Origin: Octopus sinensis
Taxonomy: Eukaryota
Assembly (NCBI RefSeq): GCF_006345805.1
Contig: NW_021832374.1
Coordinates: 248,001-312,000, forward strand
Length of the DNA: 64,000 bases
Direction: 5' to 3'
Below are positions 40,639-55,115 of this stretch, one piece after another. The translations under genes and the position numbers were made by a program. Numbering within the stretch: the stretch's first letter is position 1; every line of letters starts with the position of its first letter. The notes beneath the pieces are model-generated. The model was not told the DNA's origin and made no database searches. It saw nothing but the letters and a program-made list of their open reading frames with translations.

Positions 40639-40848
40639 ATGTCGAGAAATGTAATACTGACAGAGGAGGAGAAGGACATGCTGGAATTAGGGAGGCTAGG
40701 AGGACTGTCCACACCACCAGAACTATTAAAGTATCCTTAATGACTAAACAGGGTGATTATTAATCTCCTCGACAAAGACATATCCCCACTCGCCATAGTT
40801 CATACCATCAAGTCAATTGTCGCCGATTCTCACCAGATTAATCCATAA
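40639..40848 (+). CDS. MZT2: MOZART2-like gamma-tubulin complex microprotein, 62 aa
   Basis: ATG 40639, 21-nt intron 40731-40751, TAA 40846-40848. TEEEKDMLELGRLGGLSTPPELLKVIINLLDKDISPLAIVHTIKSIV ~ human STEEMELYELAQAAGGAIDPDVFKILVDLLKLNVAPLAVFQMLKSMC. Confidence 0.7.
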
Positions 40849-40887
40849 ACTTTGTTAAATAAAATTACTGTTATTATTATAAAATTA

Positions 40888-41300
40888 TTAAATGCAATCA
40901 CAGAATGGTCTTGTGGTGGTTTGCTTACAATTACATAGTTTATACATCTTTGTATCCCGCACTGCAAAGACCACCGGACGAGGCAAGTTGGTGACATTCG
41001 AACACGAACTGAATGGATAAGTCATTTTATGAGACTCGTCACAAAATGGCTATAAATAATAATTATATATACACCTGTGAGTGACTCAGTCCACATGAAC
41101 ACCACCGATATTTCCTATGTGCTATAAGCTGTACTTTGGCTGGTTCGTTGGAATATACTTTCCCCTTCGGAGGCCCCTCCAATGAGTACAGCCCTTTATA
41201 TATGACTGAGTACACAACCAGGGATATAGGGCTCTTCTACGTGTCTTCTTTTATAGTCGTCTGGGTGGACAAATGGCCCGCCCTTTGGTCTATAACGCAT
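40888..41300 (-). CDS. CISD3: CDGSH iron-sulfur domain protein 3 (MiNT)-like
   Basis: Two 25-nt introns. KVQLIAHRKYRWCSCGLSHSQ|PFCDESH and KLCNCKQTTTRPFCDCI* give two CDGSH-type motifs, the second lacking the His. Confidence 0.85.
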
Positions 41301-41486
41301 GATTGACCGTCCAATGTAAATTGATAATTTTGATCTATTTTAAATACACGAAATATTACTTAAACAACATGAGGTTATAGTAAATAAAATTTAAAAATTA
41401 ATTTGACAATTTTATTTTAATAATATAATTTTTAAATCTATTAAACGTTTACGACTCTGTGATATTTTCGTGATTTTTGGCCAAAA

Positions 41487-44200
41487 ATGAGCTTTCTTGT
41501 TTATTTCCTGTTTTCCTCAGTGCACAATGAGATGGACGTTGATATGAACAAGTATCAAGTCAACTTGACAATTTTCTTAGACTAAAAGTGCAAGAAATGT
41601 TTTTACACGCATATCAAGGCTATGTGGTATTCTTGTTATTTCAAATCATCAGAAAAATGCATTCCCAGCCGACGAACTAAAGCCGATCGAATGCAAAGGC
41701 CGGTATAGACAGAAAATGAATTCCACTGGAAATTTGGAGTATAATTTTGGAAAGTGAATGTCAATTAATCATTATTAGTTATTCATTGACCTTCATCGAT
41801 GCATTGGACACATTAGCCGTATATTCAAATAAATATGTTTTAGTTAATGGATTTTACTAATTTATTTGAAGGAGCAATTGAAATAATATTAAAAAACATT
41901 CATTTCAATCAGGATTTATTTGTGTCAGTTTTTGAAACAAATATCAGGGTTGTCGGGTATTTCTATTTTTAATCAAAAGGGGACTTTTGTCGGGACATGT
42001 TTTGGCCGAACGTTTCAAGAAAGAAGGGAAATGTTGTAGAAACTACCGAGGAGGTCTTCTTTTCCTTGCAGAGGACATTGCCAGTCGGTTACTTCCAGCT
42101 TTCAACACTCCAACTGGACTACCATTTTCATATATCAATCTAAAAACTGGTCAGCCTGACACGAAAAATCACTTTACTTGCACTGCCTGCGCGGGAACAT
42201 TCATTCTGGAATTCACGACATTGTCTAATCTGACAGGACTGGGAATTTATAAAGTTGAATGTCGAAATGTAGTGATTAGGACACTGCAACTAGAGCGATG
42301 GACTATATTTGGTCTAAAAGTGTCGACGGGCTGGTCGGGATGTACATATCCGTCTATTCTGGTGACTGGGTGGATAAATGTGAGTATATTCGAGTATTGC
42401 AGCCAGTGGCTGGGGTTCGGAATATGATTCGTACTACGAGTATTTGTACAAGATGAGCATAATGACTGGAGAACAGAAATATAAAAACAGATTTAGAACA
42501 GTCCGTTCATTAAATTGTATTTTATAGCATTTGGACGCTCTTTTGAAGTATTCCTTTGACTATAAGAATTTTGTCTATTCGAATAATACTCGAATTATTA
42601 CTCGGCACTATGTTGACGCATTCGGGGCATTTTGGCCTGCGCTTTTGGTTCGTTTCGATCATTTTTGTGGTAGATTTTGGATTCCCAGTACGAGACTGCG
42701 ATCACAATGTTTGAACATTACTACAGGATATCAAATGTATACGGATTTGTGCCAGATGTCCGAATTTTATTTCGGAATTTTAGAGTTTTGACTTTGATTA
42801 CAACATTTTCAATTTTGAATATCATTTAAGACCCGAATTGGCTGAATCGGCATATCACTTGTACAAATCGACATCCGATCCTTTCTTTCTCGGTGTAAAT
42901 GCAGATATTATGAACAATATTAACATTTACACTCGAACGAAATGTGGATTCAGCTCCATTTCTAATATCATAACATTGGAACCCAGCGATAAGTAATATT
43001 AGTTGTCCCATCGATAGAATGGAGTCGTTTTTTCTATCAGAGACGTTGAAGTATTTATATTTAACGTTTGCAAATGAAAGTGCCCTGCCTTTCGATATTG
43101 ATGATTATGTAATAAGCACGGAAGGGCATTTCTTTCCCATTCTGAATCCAGTCATGTTGTTTTTAGACATTAATAGATTCCAAAGAAACAATTATTTAAT
43201 GAGACTTTGGTGAATATTACCAAGATTAGAAATTCTGCTAACCTTAAGACGATTGCTCCACAACACATTGATTAGTTCAATTTGTAATGCTTTATAATAG
43301 TATGAATAAAATAAGACGAAAGTTGAGAGCCCTTCAGTTAAAATCGGAAGAAAATGTTTGTTTTTTCTTATATTTTAGTCAAAGACTGACTTGACAAAAC
43401 TGTTTTCAATGGAATTATACGAGAATATTGTCATGAAGACTGCTTTTAGCAACAAAAGTGAGGCTCGGTTGTATATTTTAATAGATTTTACTAATTTCTG
43501 GCTTCTCGTTTCTCAAAGGCCTTATCAGATGTACAATTTATTTATAAATTCGTGGGTCTCATTTGTTTCCCACCAATATTCAGATTTTGTATATATAAAT
43601 TTATATTTTAGGTTGTCGGGGAAGCTGTGCTGGCCGATCCACTTTTTGGTTGTGAAGGAATAAAGAATTTCGACAAATGCTCAAATAAAATTTTGATTGT
43701 TCTGCGAGGTTTGTGTAATTTCCAGGAGAAGGTTATTTTGTCTGTATAATTCAAGGCATTATACGCGGAGGCAGCTAATGCTTCTGCTTTAATCATTCTG
43801 GGTATTATTAATTTTCAAATGTTGTAGATTTGACATATAATCCTATATACTCCACAGCTTTATTAAACAAAGTCGAGAATCTCCCACTTGTCAAAATTCC
43901 TGTATTCATGGTTCCCCCGAAAAAAATTAATTCTTTTCTCGAAAAACTCAAAAATTTAAAATTTGGGTGTATAGCTGTTGGTAAACCTGAGAAAATAATG
44001 AATTGTATTTAAATTATTTTTATTTATGGTAGATTTTGAAAAAAATGTTTCCCAGAGTGAATCTAAAAATAGGTTTTGATTTTGTTATTATTTAGTAATG
44101 TATTTTTACGAATGCCATCTTGGACTGAACTATTGACTTCCTTGATATATTGTAGGGCGAAGTACATAACTAAACTTTATGAAATTATTAAATATCAATG
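41487..44200 (+). CDS. EDEM3: ER degradation-enhancing alpha-mannosidase-like protein with PA domain (EDEM3-like, GH47)
   Basis: EMFLHAY, FPADELKP, VSVFETNIRVVGGLLSGH, LLPAFNTPTGLP, TCTACAGTFILEF, DSYYEYLYK, LRPELAES and MESFFLSETLKYLYL; the downstream LRGLCNFQEK..A..ANASALII is PA-domain-like. 3' end approximate. Confidence 0.88.
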
Positions 44201-44519
44201 TCAGTAGATTATTTTTAATTCTATGTCACATTAACAAAGACAAATAAAATTGTCTAATTAATATTTTTTGAGAAAACTAAACCGTTAATTCATCATCTTT
44301 CCTTGTTGTTTTTCAGTTAAGTCCGACCTCTCTGGACACTCCCAGTTCATTTATAGATAAAACTATTCTTTGCTTTGCTAAATAATGATGCTTTTTTAAG
44401 TGTTCTTGATTTTAAATCAGCATATGAAATATTTATATTTTAATTTATGCTTAATATGTAGGAGAAAAAGATTGTTTATTTTCGTTTACAAACATTGTGT
44501 TTCTAGGTTACCAATTAGC

Positions 44520-45526
44520 ACATTGCTTAGTTTATTAAATTGACCAAGTCAATGAATAGTATATGGAACAACGCTCGTCATTTTTTGTCCTTTCAAATAA
44601 GAAAAGAATGTGAGTCATTAATCAGTTCGTATATATTCGATCAGTGTATTGATCTGCTTGAAGAGGTATGAATATATTTTTTAATTATTTTTATATTAGA
44701 TTGCCGTGTATGGGGACATATTCTCAAACGATTGTACACAGATGTCATTATGGTCAAATAATGAAAATATTAAAAAATTAAAAAACGAAATTTATTCGCT
44801 GATTGATGAATTGACTTTAAAAAGAATTGGGTTTTTGTTTTTATTTAGTTCTAGATATTACACATCATTCCAACAAAAACAAATTGAAAAAGTGGAGTAT
44901 CTTTTACTTTTAAGAGGTAATAAAATAATTTAATTTAATTAGAAAGTGAAAATCAGAACATCGAGCGTCTCAAGTTTTATAAAAATTGTGAAACTAACCG
45001 AGAAAAGTACTAATTTCTCTTTTACGTGTTAATTAGAATGATTAAAAATAGCTGCGAAATTATTCTAGAAAATATTTCAAAAAAGTTAAAAACTTGTAGT
45101 ATGGTCGACTTGATAAGGTAATTTTATTATATTAATCAAACAGAGATTTGCTTCTTAGTGAAATTACTTATTTGAAAAAAGAAATTCAAGAAATAAATGT
45201 TTTGTTTTCTGAGAAATATTGTAGGACTATTCATGTATATTATCCAAGCCGGATAATCACACGTTTCAAGATATAACCGTACGAGGTTTTAGGATTTTAA
45301 GATTTTGCTAGATTTACTTGAAATCAGACAAATCCTTGAAACTACTAAAAAGTTCATTTTAGAAACTATATTTGCTAGAGAAATGGTGATTGATGATCAT
45401 TTTTATCAAGGAACTTTTCTTCCCTATTACCAAATGTATGGATTTTATCAAGAAAACGACCCTCAGAGTCCTAGATTGTATCCATCTTCTACTCGGAATC
45501 AGTTTTTTAACAAAGATAAAAAATAA
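44520..45526 (+). CDS. CCDC24-like coiled-coil protein
   Basis: Multi-exon with short introns. SIWNNARHFLSFQIRKECESLISSYIFDQCIDLLEEI and LIRDLLLSEITYLKKEIQEINVLFSEKY resemble recalled CCDC24 segments. Start not resolved. Confidence 0.5.
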
Positions 45527-45619
45527 ACAAAATATTTGAAAGAAATTTTAATATAAAATTGAAAGTTAAGTTCTACGGCCTGTACGAGTGCCGGCTTTCG
45601 ACGCGTTTCACTGAAAACA

Positions 45620-45950
45620 GCTTAGACTGTTATTTGGTGTGTACTGCCAGAGTTTCAAATAATGGATTCTACAACAAATACAAGAGTAGGCCTCTAAGCC
45701 AGGATATCACTGACGCCAGATGGAGACTGTTTGGCCATATTCAGCGTATGGATCTTGCTGCCCCAGCCGACGTGGCGATGGGGGATTATTTCATTTTCGA
45801 AGGGGAATGTTTTCGAAGTCGACCAAAAATGACGCATTGCACAGTGACCTCCAAAAAGTGAGGATATGTTTAATGTTGGGTAAGATCTGGACGTACTAAG
45901 ATCAATTGTTCATGACCGTTGTAGATGGAAGAGAATTACCAATAACATTG
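45620..45950 (+). mobile_element. 3' fragment of an RTE-like non-LTR retrotransposon
   Basis: YNKYKSRPLSQDITDARWRLFGHIQRM..AM..YF..FRSRPK, the typical post-RT C-terminus. Confidence 0.7.
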
Positions 45951-46477
45951 TTTGCTGTATTTCACATGCCTTATTATAATTATTATGCCAAGGCAGAAAG
46001 TGCTTAATAATAATATTCGAAAGTTGATCAAAATTTAAAGAGGATCCTTAATTAAAAAGATAAACTTAAAAGTCTTAAAAAACTCTTTTTAGCAGGGTGA
46101 ACCACCCGCATATTGACGTGTCGTCGTAATCAAAGTGGCTTAATGATGGGAATAACTCTTTCTGATCAGAAGCGTTATTCTAAGATGCAGATCCTTTCCT
46201 GATATTTGGTACTTGTCGTTGTAATTTGCTATTTCTCTTCTGGTGCCAGGAGTTTGTCAAAATAACCCTACATGCTTAGTTATTGGAAAACTTAAATTTT
46301 TTATTTCTAAACTATCTTTTTGGTGGTTATCTCGCCATAATCTCAATTACGTGTTTTATCGAAGATATTTGTTATGTATTCTCAATTACAGCCAAAGTTT
46401 TTTGGTGGTTAATTTAAAAACACGTTAAAGAAAAAAACATACGTTTGTAAGTTATAACCAAAACGTTTTATTAGTAA

Positions 46478-47666
<1,189 letters not shown>

Positions 47667-48393
47667 TGATAAGAAATAGGTTAGATATGTAGTTCAAATA
47701 TTTTATTAGTTATTTAAAATAGCCAAACAAAAAATAAACCATTAAATACCAATAAAATAAATAATTTTTAGGGTTTTAGGAAATCTGCAATTTCTTCGTT
47801 CTTTCGATCCCATTGATCACGAAAAATCTTGTACAGCACAGGAAACAATAAGAGTTATTAGTTTGGTCCATTTCCTTTTCTAAGTCTTTCCCTACACTCC
47901 GAAGGTCTCTATCTATTATCTATATTGTTAGTAAAATAACATATTACGGGTTTCATTAGAAGAATATGAATTTCGCGTTATTCTCGTTCCAATTCGACCG
48001 TTATTTTATTTGAAAATTCTACACGAAAATTACGACAATAAGCTGGATAAGTATTGGAAAAATATCATTGATATATGTAAGCAAAATATATTACTCTGGA
48101 ACGCAAATTATTTTCTATTATTAATTTTTTGACCAGATGACCAAAACAACCATCATCCAGAAAACCCGATGGCAATGGTGAATCCAAAAATCCAGGTATG
48201 ATGCCATCGTGGTTATCTAAATTTATAATAAAAAAGACATATTACGGATTTCATAAAGATTGTCTGTTTTCATAAGGAGTGTTTTTGTTAGTCTTGTGTA
48301 TTACGCGAGTACGACTCCATTCGGGTACGAGATGACCACGACCGTTGTTTTACTTTGAAAATTCTACACAAAATTACGAATTAATGACCCACT

Positions 48394-49890
48394 AATTCTA
48401 AAATTATTTTCAGCATAACACGTTATAGCGTTATTAAATATAGTTTATTTTCAGCTATAGTTAAACATTAATAATGACTCAATATTGAAAAATCTAGTTG
48501 GTTTTAAGAAGAGATTAAAGAAATATTCAAAAGTTTCTAAAAGTATTGCCTTGCCTGCTTTCAAAAACAGCGAAATTAACAATATTGATTCCGACATTCA
48601 AACAATGATTTTTATTAAACATTAATCTTTTAGTCCTCTACTAATGCCTATTACCATGGTATCTGCTTTTTCTTTGTTTCCGGTCCTATCTGTTTTGAAT
48701 TTCCCAATCACACGCTTCTAACATGTTTTTAATCATTAATCTCTTCAAAGATAATAATACTCCTCCAACACCAAAATTCAAAAGCATCAATTTTTCATCT
48801 ATTCGCCTTTTCAGTATTCATATTTAAGCGCCGTATATAAAAATTCTAAAATTATTTTCAACATAACACGTTATAGCGTTATTAAATATAGTTTATTTTC
48901 AGCTATAGTTAAACATTAATAATGACTCAATATTGAAAAATCTAGTTGGTTTTAAGAAGAGATTAAAGAAATATTCAAAAGTTTCTAAAAGTATTGCCTT
49001 GCCTGCTTTCAAAAACAGCGAAATTAACAAATATTGATTCCGACAATTCAAACAATGATTTTTTTAAACATAATCTTTTAGTCCTCTACTAATGCCTATT
49101 ACCATGGTATCTGCTTTTTCTTTGTTTCCGGTCCTATCTGTTTTGAATTTCCCAATCACACGCTTCTAACATGTTTTAATCATTAATCTCTTCAAAGATA
49201 ATAATAACTCCTCCAACACCAAAATTCAAAAGCATCAATTTTTCATCTATTCGCCTTTTCAGTATTCATATTTAAGCGCCGTATATAAAAATTCTAAAAT
49301 TATTTTCAACATAACACGTTATAGCGTTATTAAATATAGTTTATTTTCAGCTATAGTTAAACATTAATAATGACTCAATATTGAAAAATCTAGTTGGTTT
49401 TAAGAAGAGATTAAAGAAATATTCAAAAGTTTCTAAAAGTATTGCCTTGCCTGCTTTCAAAAACAGCGAAATTAACAAATATTGATTCCGACATTCAAAC
49501 AATTTTTATTAAACATTAATCTTTTAGTCCTTACTAATGCCTATTACCATGGTATCTGCTTTTTTTTGTTTCCGGTCCTATCTGTTTTGAATTCCCAATC
49601 ACACGCTTCTTCTAACATGTTTTAATCATAATCTTTCAAAGATAATAAAACTCCTCCAACACAAATTCAAAAGCATCATTTTTCATCTATTCGCCTTTTC
49701 AGTATTCATATTTAAGCGCCGTATATAAAAATTCTAAAATTATTTTCAACATAACACGTTGTAACGTTATTAAATATATATTTTCCGCCATTGTTAAACA
49801 TTAATAATGACTCAATACTGAAAGTTTAGTTGGTTTTAAGAAAAGAGATTAAAGAAATATTCGAAAGTTTCTGAAAGTATTGCCTTGCCA
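48394..49890. repeat. Tandem array, about 448-bp unit, about 3.3 copies, derived from an RTE-like retrotransposon
   Basis: Unit starts aattctaaaattattttc at 48394, 48842, 49290 and 49730; the minus strand shows YGA..ILK..KIDAFEFWCWR. Confidence 0.9.
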
Positions 49891-50149
49891 GTCTGATTCG
49901 GTTTAAGCAAATATCTCTGCTTTTCCATATATTATTTTTCTTTATAATTTCTTCAGAATTTTATACAAAAGTTAAAAAACTAAAGATCCTTAAGAATCGA
50001 CGAGTAAGTAGAAATTTTAAAAATCTCTTATTGTGCTCCAAAAGGCACAATTGTAAAATACACAATCAAAAATGAATGGCCATTTCTTTCAAAAATAAAT
50101 TTTGAATTTACTACCGGACGAGTATAAACAATATTTACTTATAGATTTA

Positions 50150-50510
50150 AGAATACTGGCATTCCTATATGAACTAACAAAGCAAGTCTTTTCGTTTGAA
50201 ACGCCACTTTTCGGCAACAATGCTCCCCAAGACTTGCAGCAACCCGGCTTCGGCAGTGCTAAAGCCGAAGAGTCAACGAGGACAAAATACATATTTATTC
50301 CGGACTCTTTTGAGCTATGCCTCCTTGCTTTCACAAACTCAGGAATCTTAGAAAAGTCGGCAATTCAACTACTCACTGACATTAGTAGGAGAATCTCCTC
50401 GAGAACAAACGACCGGGAGGGGACTAGCTGGTTTTTTCAGCGAACCTCGGTGACCGTGCTTAGTGGACCCTCTCGACTGCTATTTCAGCCACTTACGTAG
50501 GTAGCATCTA
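50150..50510 (+). mobile_element. Degenerate CRE-like REL fragment
   Basis: GSAKAEESTRTKY...TNSG..SAIQLL..ISRRI..NDREG.SWFFQR.SV.VL.G is collinear with the REL C-terminus of the full-length element. Confidence 0.65.
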
Positions 50511-50572
50511 ACTTTGTTGAAAGAAAAAACATATTTCCTGAACTAAATAGTAAATAATTATATATTTAAAAT

Positions 50573-50966
50573 TTATTTTTTCAAAAATAGTTTTTTATCT
50601 TTAATAAATTCGGAGATCATTTTCAGGACTTGATTATCGAATTGAGGAGGTGGTTTGCTCCTCCCTGAATTCAAAAAAAGAAATATAACCCACAACCCAA
50701 CAATAAAGTTCTATTTCACTGTCAGTAGAATTTAATAAATCACTGAATTGATTTAATTGTTCATCTGTCATTTTATTAATATATTCGAGGGCAAACTTGC
50801 TGAAATATATTTGGGAATAATACCTCATTATTAAATCATTTTCCAGCGTTCCCCTCTTTCCTGCCTGATAAACAAGTCTACTTCTTATCCTGTTCTTTAT
50901 TTGGCACAAGCTACGTATATTATGTGAACTAAAAAATAAAGTTCGTAACGTGCCACCACCAAACAT
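50573..50966 (-). CDS. SDHAF2: Succinate dehydrogenase assembly factor 2 (Sdh5)
   Basis: RSRLVYQAGKRGTLENDLI, FALEYINKMTDEQLNQFSDLLN and, after an intron, KPPPQFDNQVLKMI; TAA at 50573-50575. Confidence 0.9.
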
Positions 50967-51263
50967 AAAATAAATAAAAATAAATAAATTATTTTATTAT
51001 AAATAATGAAAAAGATATTATTTTATTTTTTATAAAAATATTGCTCAAATTTTTAAATCTTTAGACGGAAATGTTTAGTTTTGAATTGACTGATAAAAAT
51101 TATCATTCAGAATATTTGTCAGTTTTTACAGTGAATTGTTAGAATGTTTGAAACTAATATAATAATAATATTTTTATTATATTAATTACTAACAATTTAG
51201 AATATAAATAAAAATTATATAGGTTACTGTCCCATTTAGTGTTGTTCTGGTGATTACAGATAT

Positions 51264-52158
51264 ATGGATTATCCTGCAGATACTGACAACTATTACGATT
51301 TTACTGAAAAGTCAGTCCGACAAGGTAACTTAATTATTATTCTAATATAGGATTTATAAGAAAAGTGTATTCCATCTTGACAATCCAGTTAATATATACT
51401 ATTGGAGTGATATCCTTCTGCATATTCCAGTATAATTTATATCATAAATATGCCAGAGAGAGTGTAAGGGATTACCTCAATCAAAATCCATGGTTTATGT
51501 ATACTAATCTGTATTTATAAACCTTTTATTTATAGGGCTTTGATGGTTGTTTTTATGCTTGCCATTTCCTGCTTTAGAAATAATGTGAGAAAAGTGCCGA
51601 GAAATTACATAATGCTATCCTTCTTTGTATTCGGTTTTGTCTATTTTAGACATTTTTCTTCGCAAACTATCTCGGAGCTGTCAGTAGGTTTGTTTTTTAG
51701 TATTTGTACCTCTCTGAGTTGTATTTTTGATATTTTCAGTTTTTACTCAATTATGGCCGTTCTGCTGTCTATTGGGATCACAGCTGTTGTGGTTGTTGGA
51801 TTGACTATTTTCAGTTTCCAGACCAAAGTAGACCAGTTGGCTTATTGTAGATTGATTTTACGAAAACATCAGGCGCTGCCTTCTGTGTTTTGATAGTTCT
51901 GATTATATTTGGACTTATTTTTCCAATTTCTGGTGTTCCAATTCTTCACAAAGTGTATTCCTGTATTGCGGCTTTGCTTTTTTCGTGGGTTGGTGATTTG
52001 GTGCTTTGTGTTAGTATATTGTAATTGACACACAAATGGTTATGGATGGACAGAAGAAGTACACCATTTCCCCCGAGGACTACGTTTATGCTGCACTCAA
52101 TTTATATGTCGACATTGTCAACTTATTCCTTATCGTCCTTAGTTTTTTTAATGAATAA
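51264..52158 (+). CDS. Lifeguard-family TMBIM protein (FAIM2/GRINA/TMBIM1-like)
   Basis: VRQGFIRKVYSILTIQL, RKVPRNYIMLS, LTIFSFQTKIDFT, IDTQMVM and SPEDYVYAALNLYVDIVNLF; short introns. An upstream exon cannot be excluded. Confidence 0.9.
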
Positions 52159-52619
52159 TTACTAATCTTTCGTTTATTTGTAACACTTAGTGTTTTGGTG
52201 TAGAGAAACTGTTTAATTATGAACTAATCAACTTTGATGTGGAAAGAGACTATTCGAGTAAACGCGCTAAGCAGCAAAGTAGTATCAACAAAGAGTCAAT
52301 CTGTCCTTTTTTTCATTTTATTGTATTCTATTTCACGCTCGGAAATCTGGTCGTCTTTGCGTTTAATGTAATGAGTATTTTTATCTTTTATGTGTGAAAC
52401 TCACAAAGCGTGATTTGGCGTTAATATTTGCATAAAAGTGTCCCAAATGTATTCTACACCCTTTCCGAGGTCCCTGAGATGACAGGACTTGTCCAACTGG
52501 TTCTGTTGATCCCCTCTGAATATCAACTTATTAAACTGTCTCGTCTAATCAGCTTTGTCCCACTTACGCTCGGAACCCCCTCTCGCATTGGGGAAATCCA
52601 CTCCCTCCCTCGACATTGA

Positions 52620-53970
52620 TCAAAGAGAGCATTAAAAATATCTTTTTGCACCCAATAACAATCTTTCCAGAAGTTGTCCACAAACGTCTCCAAAAGTGCA
52701 AAAATAACCTAAAAAGAACATTCCACACGGTCTGGAAAACACCCTGAATGAACTTGTCAGTATCAAACTAGCCGAAGGTGACGTCTGTGCTGCGATTCGC
52801 ACAGTTTCAAACGACGACACAGTGCTAAATCAGAGTGCTGATGTCCTTGTCCACTTGAGATCAAAACATCCAGACCTTCCTCCTGATGTACGACCTCGCC
52901 CATCTGTGCCTTCCACCCTCAACCCCTCAGAAGAAGAAATCAGAATTTCAATCAAATTATTCGGGAAGAGCAGCTTACTCGATGGCTTAGGCCCGGGCCA
53001 TATCAAGAAACGCACTTCTCCCTCAACTGGAAAGGCAGGTAATGCTCTGATCTCTGCTATACCCGCTCTAATCGGTAAGATCCCACACTTTGCGAGGAAC
53101 ATGCTCTACTTGCATTCCGGGAAAAGGACGGCGGAATCCGTCCCATAGCAGTTGGAAACTACTTCCGCCGCCCGAATTTCCTCCTTTCCAACTGGGGATT
53201 GCCAACGGTTGCGAAACTGCAGTTCACGCTGCCAGAAGCCTTTTCTCTTGCCTTTTCTCTTCTAACGGAGCGCTCAGCTCCCTCCACGCAGTTGTGAAGC
53301 TCGATTTACGCAACGCCTTCAATCGTATAAGGAGAGATGAGATCCTCGAGGCTTGCCTTAAAAGAGCTCCGGATATCGCCCAGTTGGTTTTCCTTTCCTA
53401 CAGCTAAGAAAGCACGCTTATCTTTGGGAACCAAGTCGTCCTCTCATAGACAGGAGTTCAGCACGGTGACCCAGTCGGGTTGTTCCTCTTCGCCCTTGCA
53501 ATCGATGATGCCGTACACTCCCTAAACTCTCTTTTCAACTTATGGTACTTGTATGATGCATTGAGTCCATTTTCAAGACCTCTCACATCTCATTCCTGTC
53601 CTTGGACACTTCGGGCTATAATTAAATGAAGGAAAATGAAAACTTTTGAATATCAATTATCCTCAGACAAATTTTCTCGATTTGAGAAAATCAATAACCG
53701 ATTTTATTTCCAGAGTTCAGACTGCCAACATGTCCGAAGTCACAATTCTCGGCTGCCCTCTCAGCCCATCTGGACTAAGGGCCCACCTGGCTAAGAAGGA
53801 ACTGGATTCCGTCATCTCACAAACAAGCTTCTGACATTGGACTCGTACATCGCCTTCTTCCTCATGAAAAGCAGAATGCACATGCCGAAACTGCTATACA
53901 TGCTCCGCTGCCTGACATGTTATCTTCTATGAAAACCTCCCTGAAATCGTCCAAGGAAGCAGTTCTTAAC
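52620..53970 (+). mobile_element. Degenerate CRE-like retrotransposon RT region
   Basis: KLAEGDVCAAIR, LRSKHP, GVRPIAVG, QLGIANGCETAVHAAR, VKLDLRNAFNRIRRD and GVQHGDPVG..LFAL motifs; multiple frameshifts. Confidence 0.85.
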
Positions 53971-55115
53971 CTGACGGAAAGTTTTCATTTGGTCCAACCG
54001 ATAAAATTAAATGACTATGCCACCTAATGTTTGTAGTAAGAATATTATTTCTATCTATAATTTGAGTATTCAGTCGCTATTTAGTCGTGTTCATATTGCT
54101 CCACGTCTTGATTGAATGATGGTTGCTGATTCACCTCAATTAATGTATTGTATTTCTGGTTTTGTTTAACACAAATATGGTGAATTTATTTGAGATTTTG
54201 ATTCTTGTGTTGTGTCTATGTGTATTTCCATGTGATTTTTTACTAACTACACATTTAGTTTTAGATTTTTATTTTGCATTGTCTACAAAGATGAAAATGG
54301 GCGTGTTTTAGCCATCATTGTTGATCATTTCTGCCACATCTATTTGCAACATTTTTTTGTACAGTTGGGTGATTAAAACATGTACCTTTGTCGGTAGGGC
54401 AAACACAAAGTTGACCTAAAAAATCGAAAATTTATCTTTAAAAATACTAAATTGATTTAAAAAAGAAAGTTGATTAAAATGTAGATCTAAAAACAGGTGA
54501 TAATTTTGTTCGAAATTGCAATTATAATGAATCATAGAATATTCGACTTTTTTTGTTTTAAAATTTCAGTCTTTTGTAAAAATTTTATAAAACAAACGCT
54601 CCACCGAGTATGTAGTGTCCTGGGATTAAAGTAGTCGCAATTTTTCCAAAAGCGAATGATTTTCATCTCTGTTAACAATTTTCAAATTCCATTCAAATTC
54701 ATTCTTTTGTCAGCATATTTGTTTATTTTAAAATTATTTTCGATTAGATCGAGTTTTCAAATATTGTAAGCTTCCTGGATAGAATAGTTAGTAGACTCAA
54801 TATCACGAAGAGTATTAACACTGGAGAATTTTTATTTCGTATTTCATTACGAGAACTGCTTATTTACAAGAACAGAATTTATTAAAAAAACGAATTTGGT
54901 GTATGAGCCAACTTCTCTGTGTAAAGTAAAATAACTACAGTGGGACAACGACATTGTACAAAACGATATAATTCATGAATGAGGTGCCAATAGTGCTGGA
55001 ATTTTTAACTACATAATCTAGAATACTATTATATTTAGGATTCAAAATATTGTTTTCTAAAGGAATATATCAAAGATTCAAATCGGTATTTAAATTCAAA
55101 AAGTATGTTAAATTT

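Noticed and set aside
40830-40895. GC-AG intron extending CISD3 to a TGA at 40830
   Set aside because: The donor is weak, it does not restore the His ligand, and it would overlap the MZT2 coding sequence. It is not excluded without RNA data.
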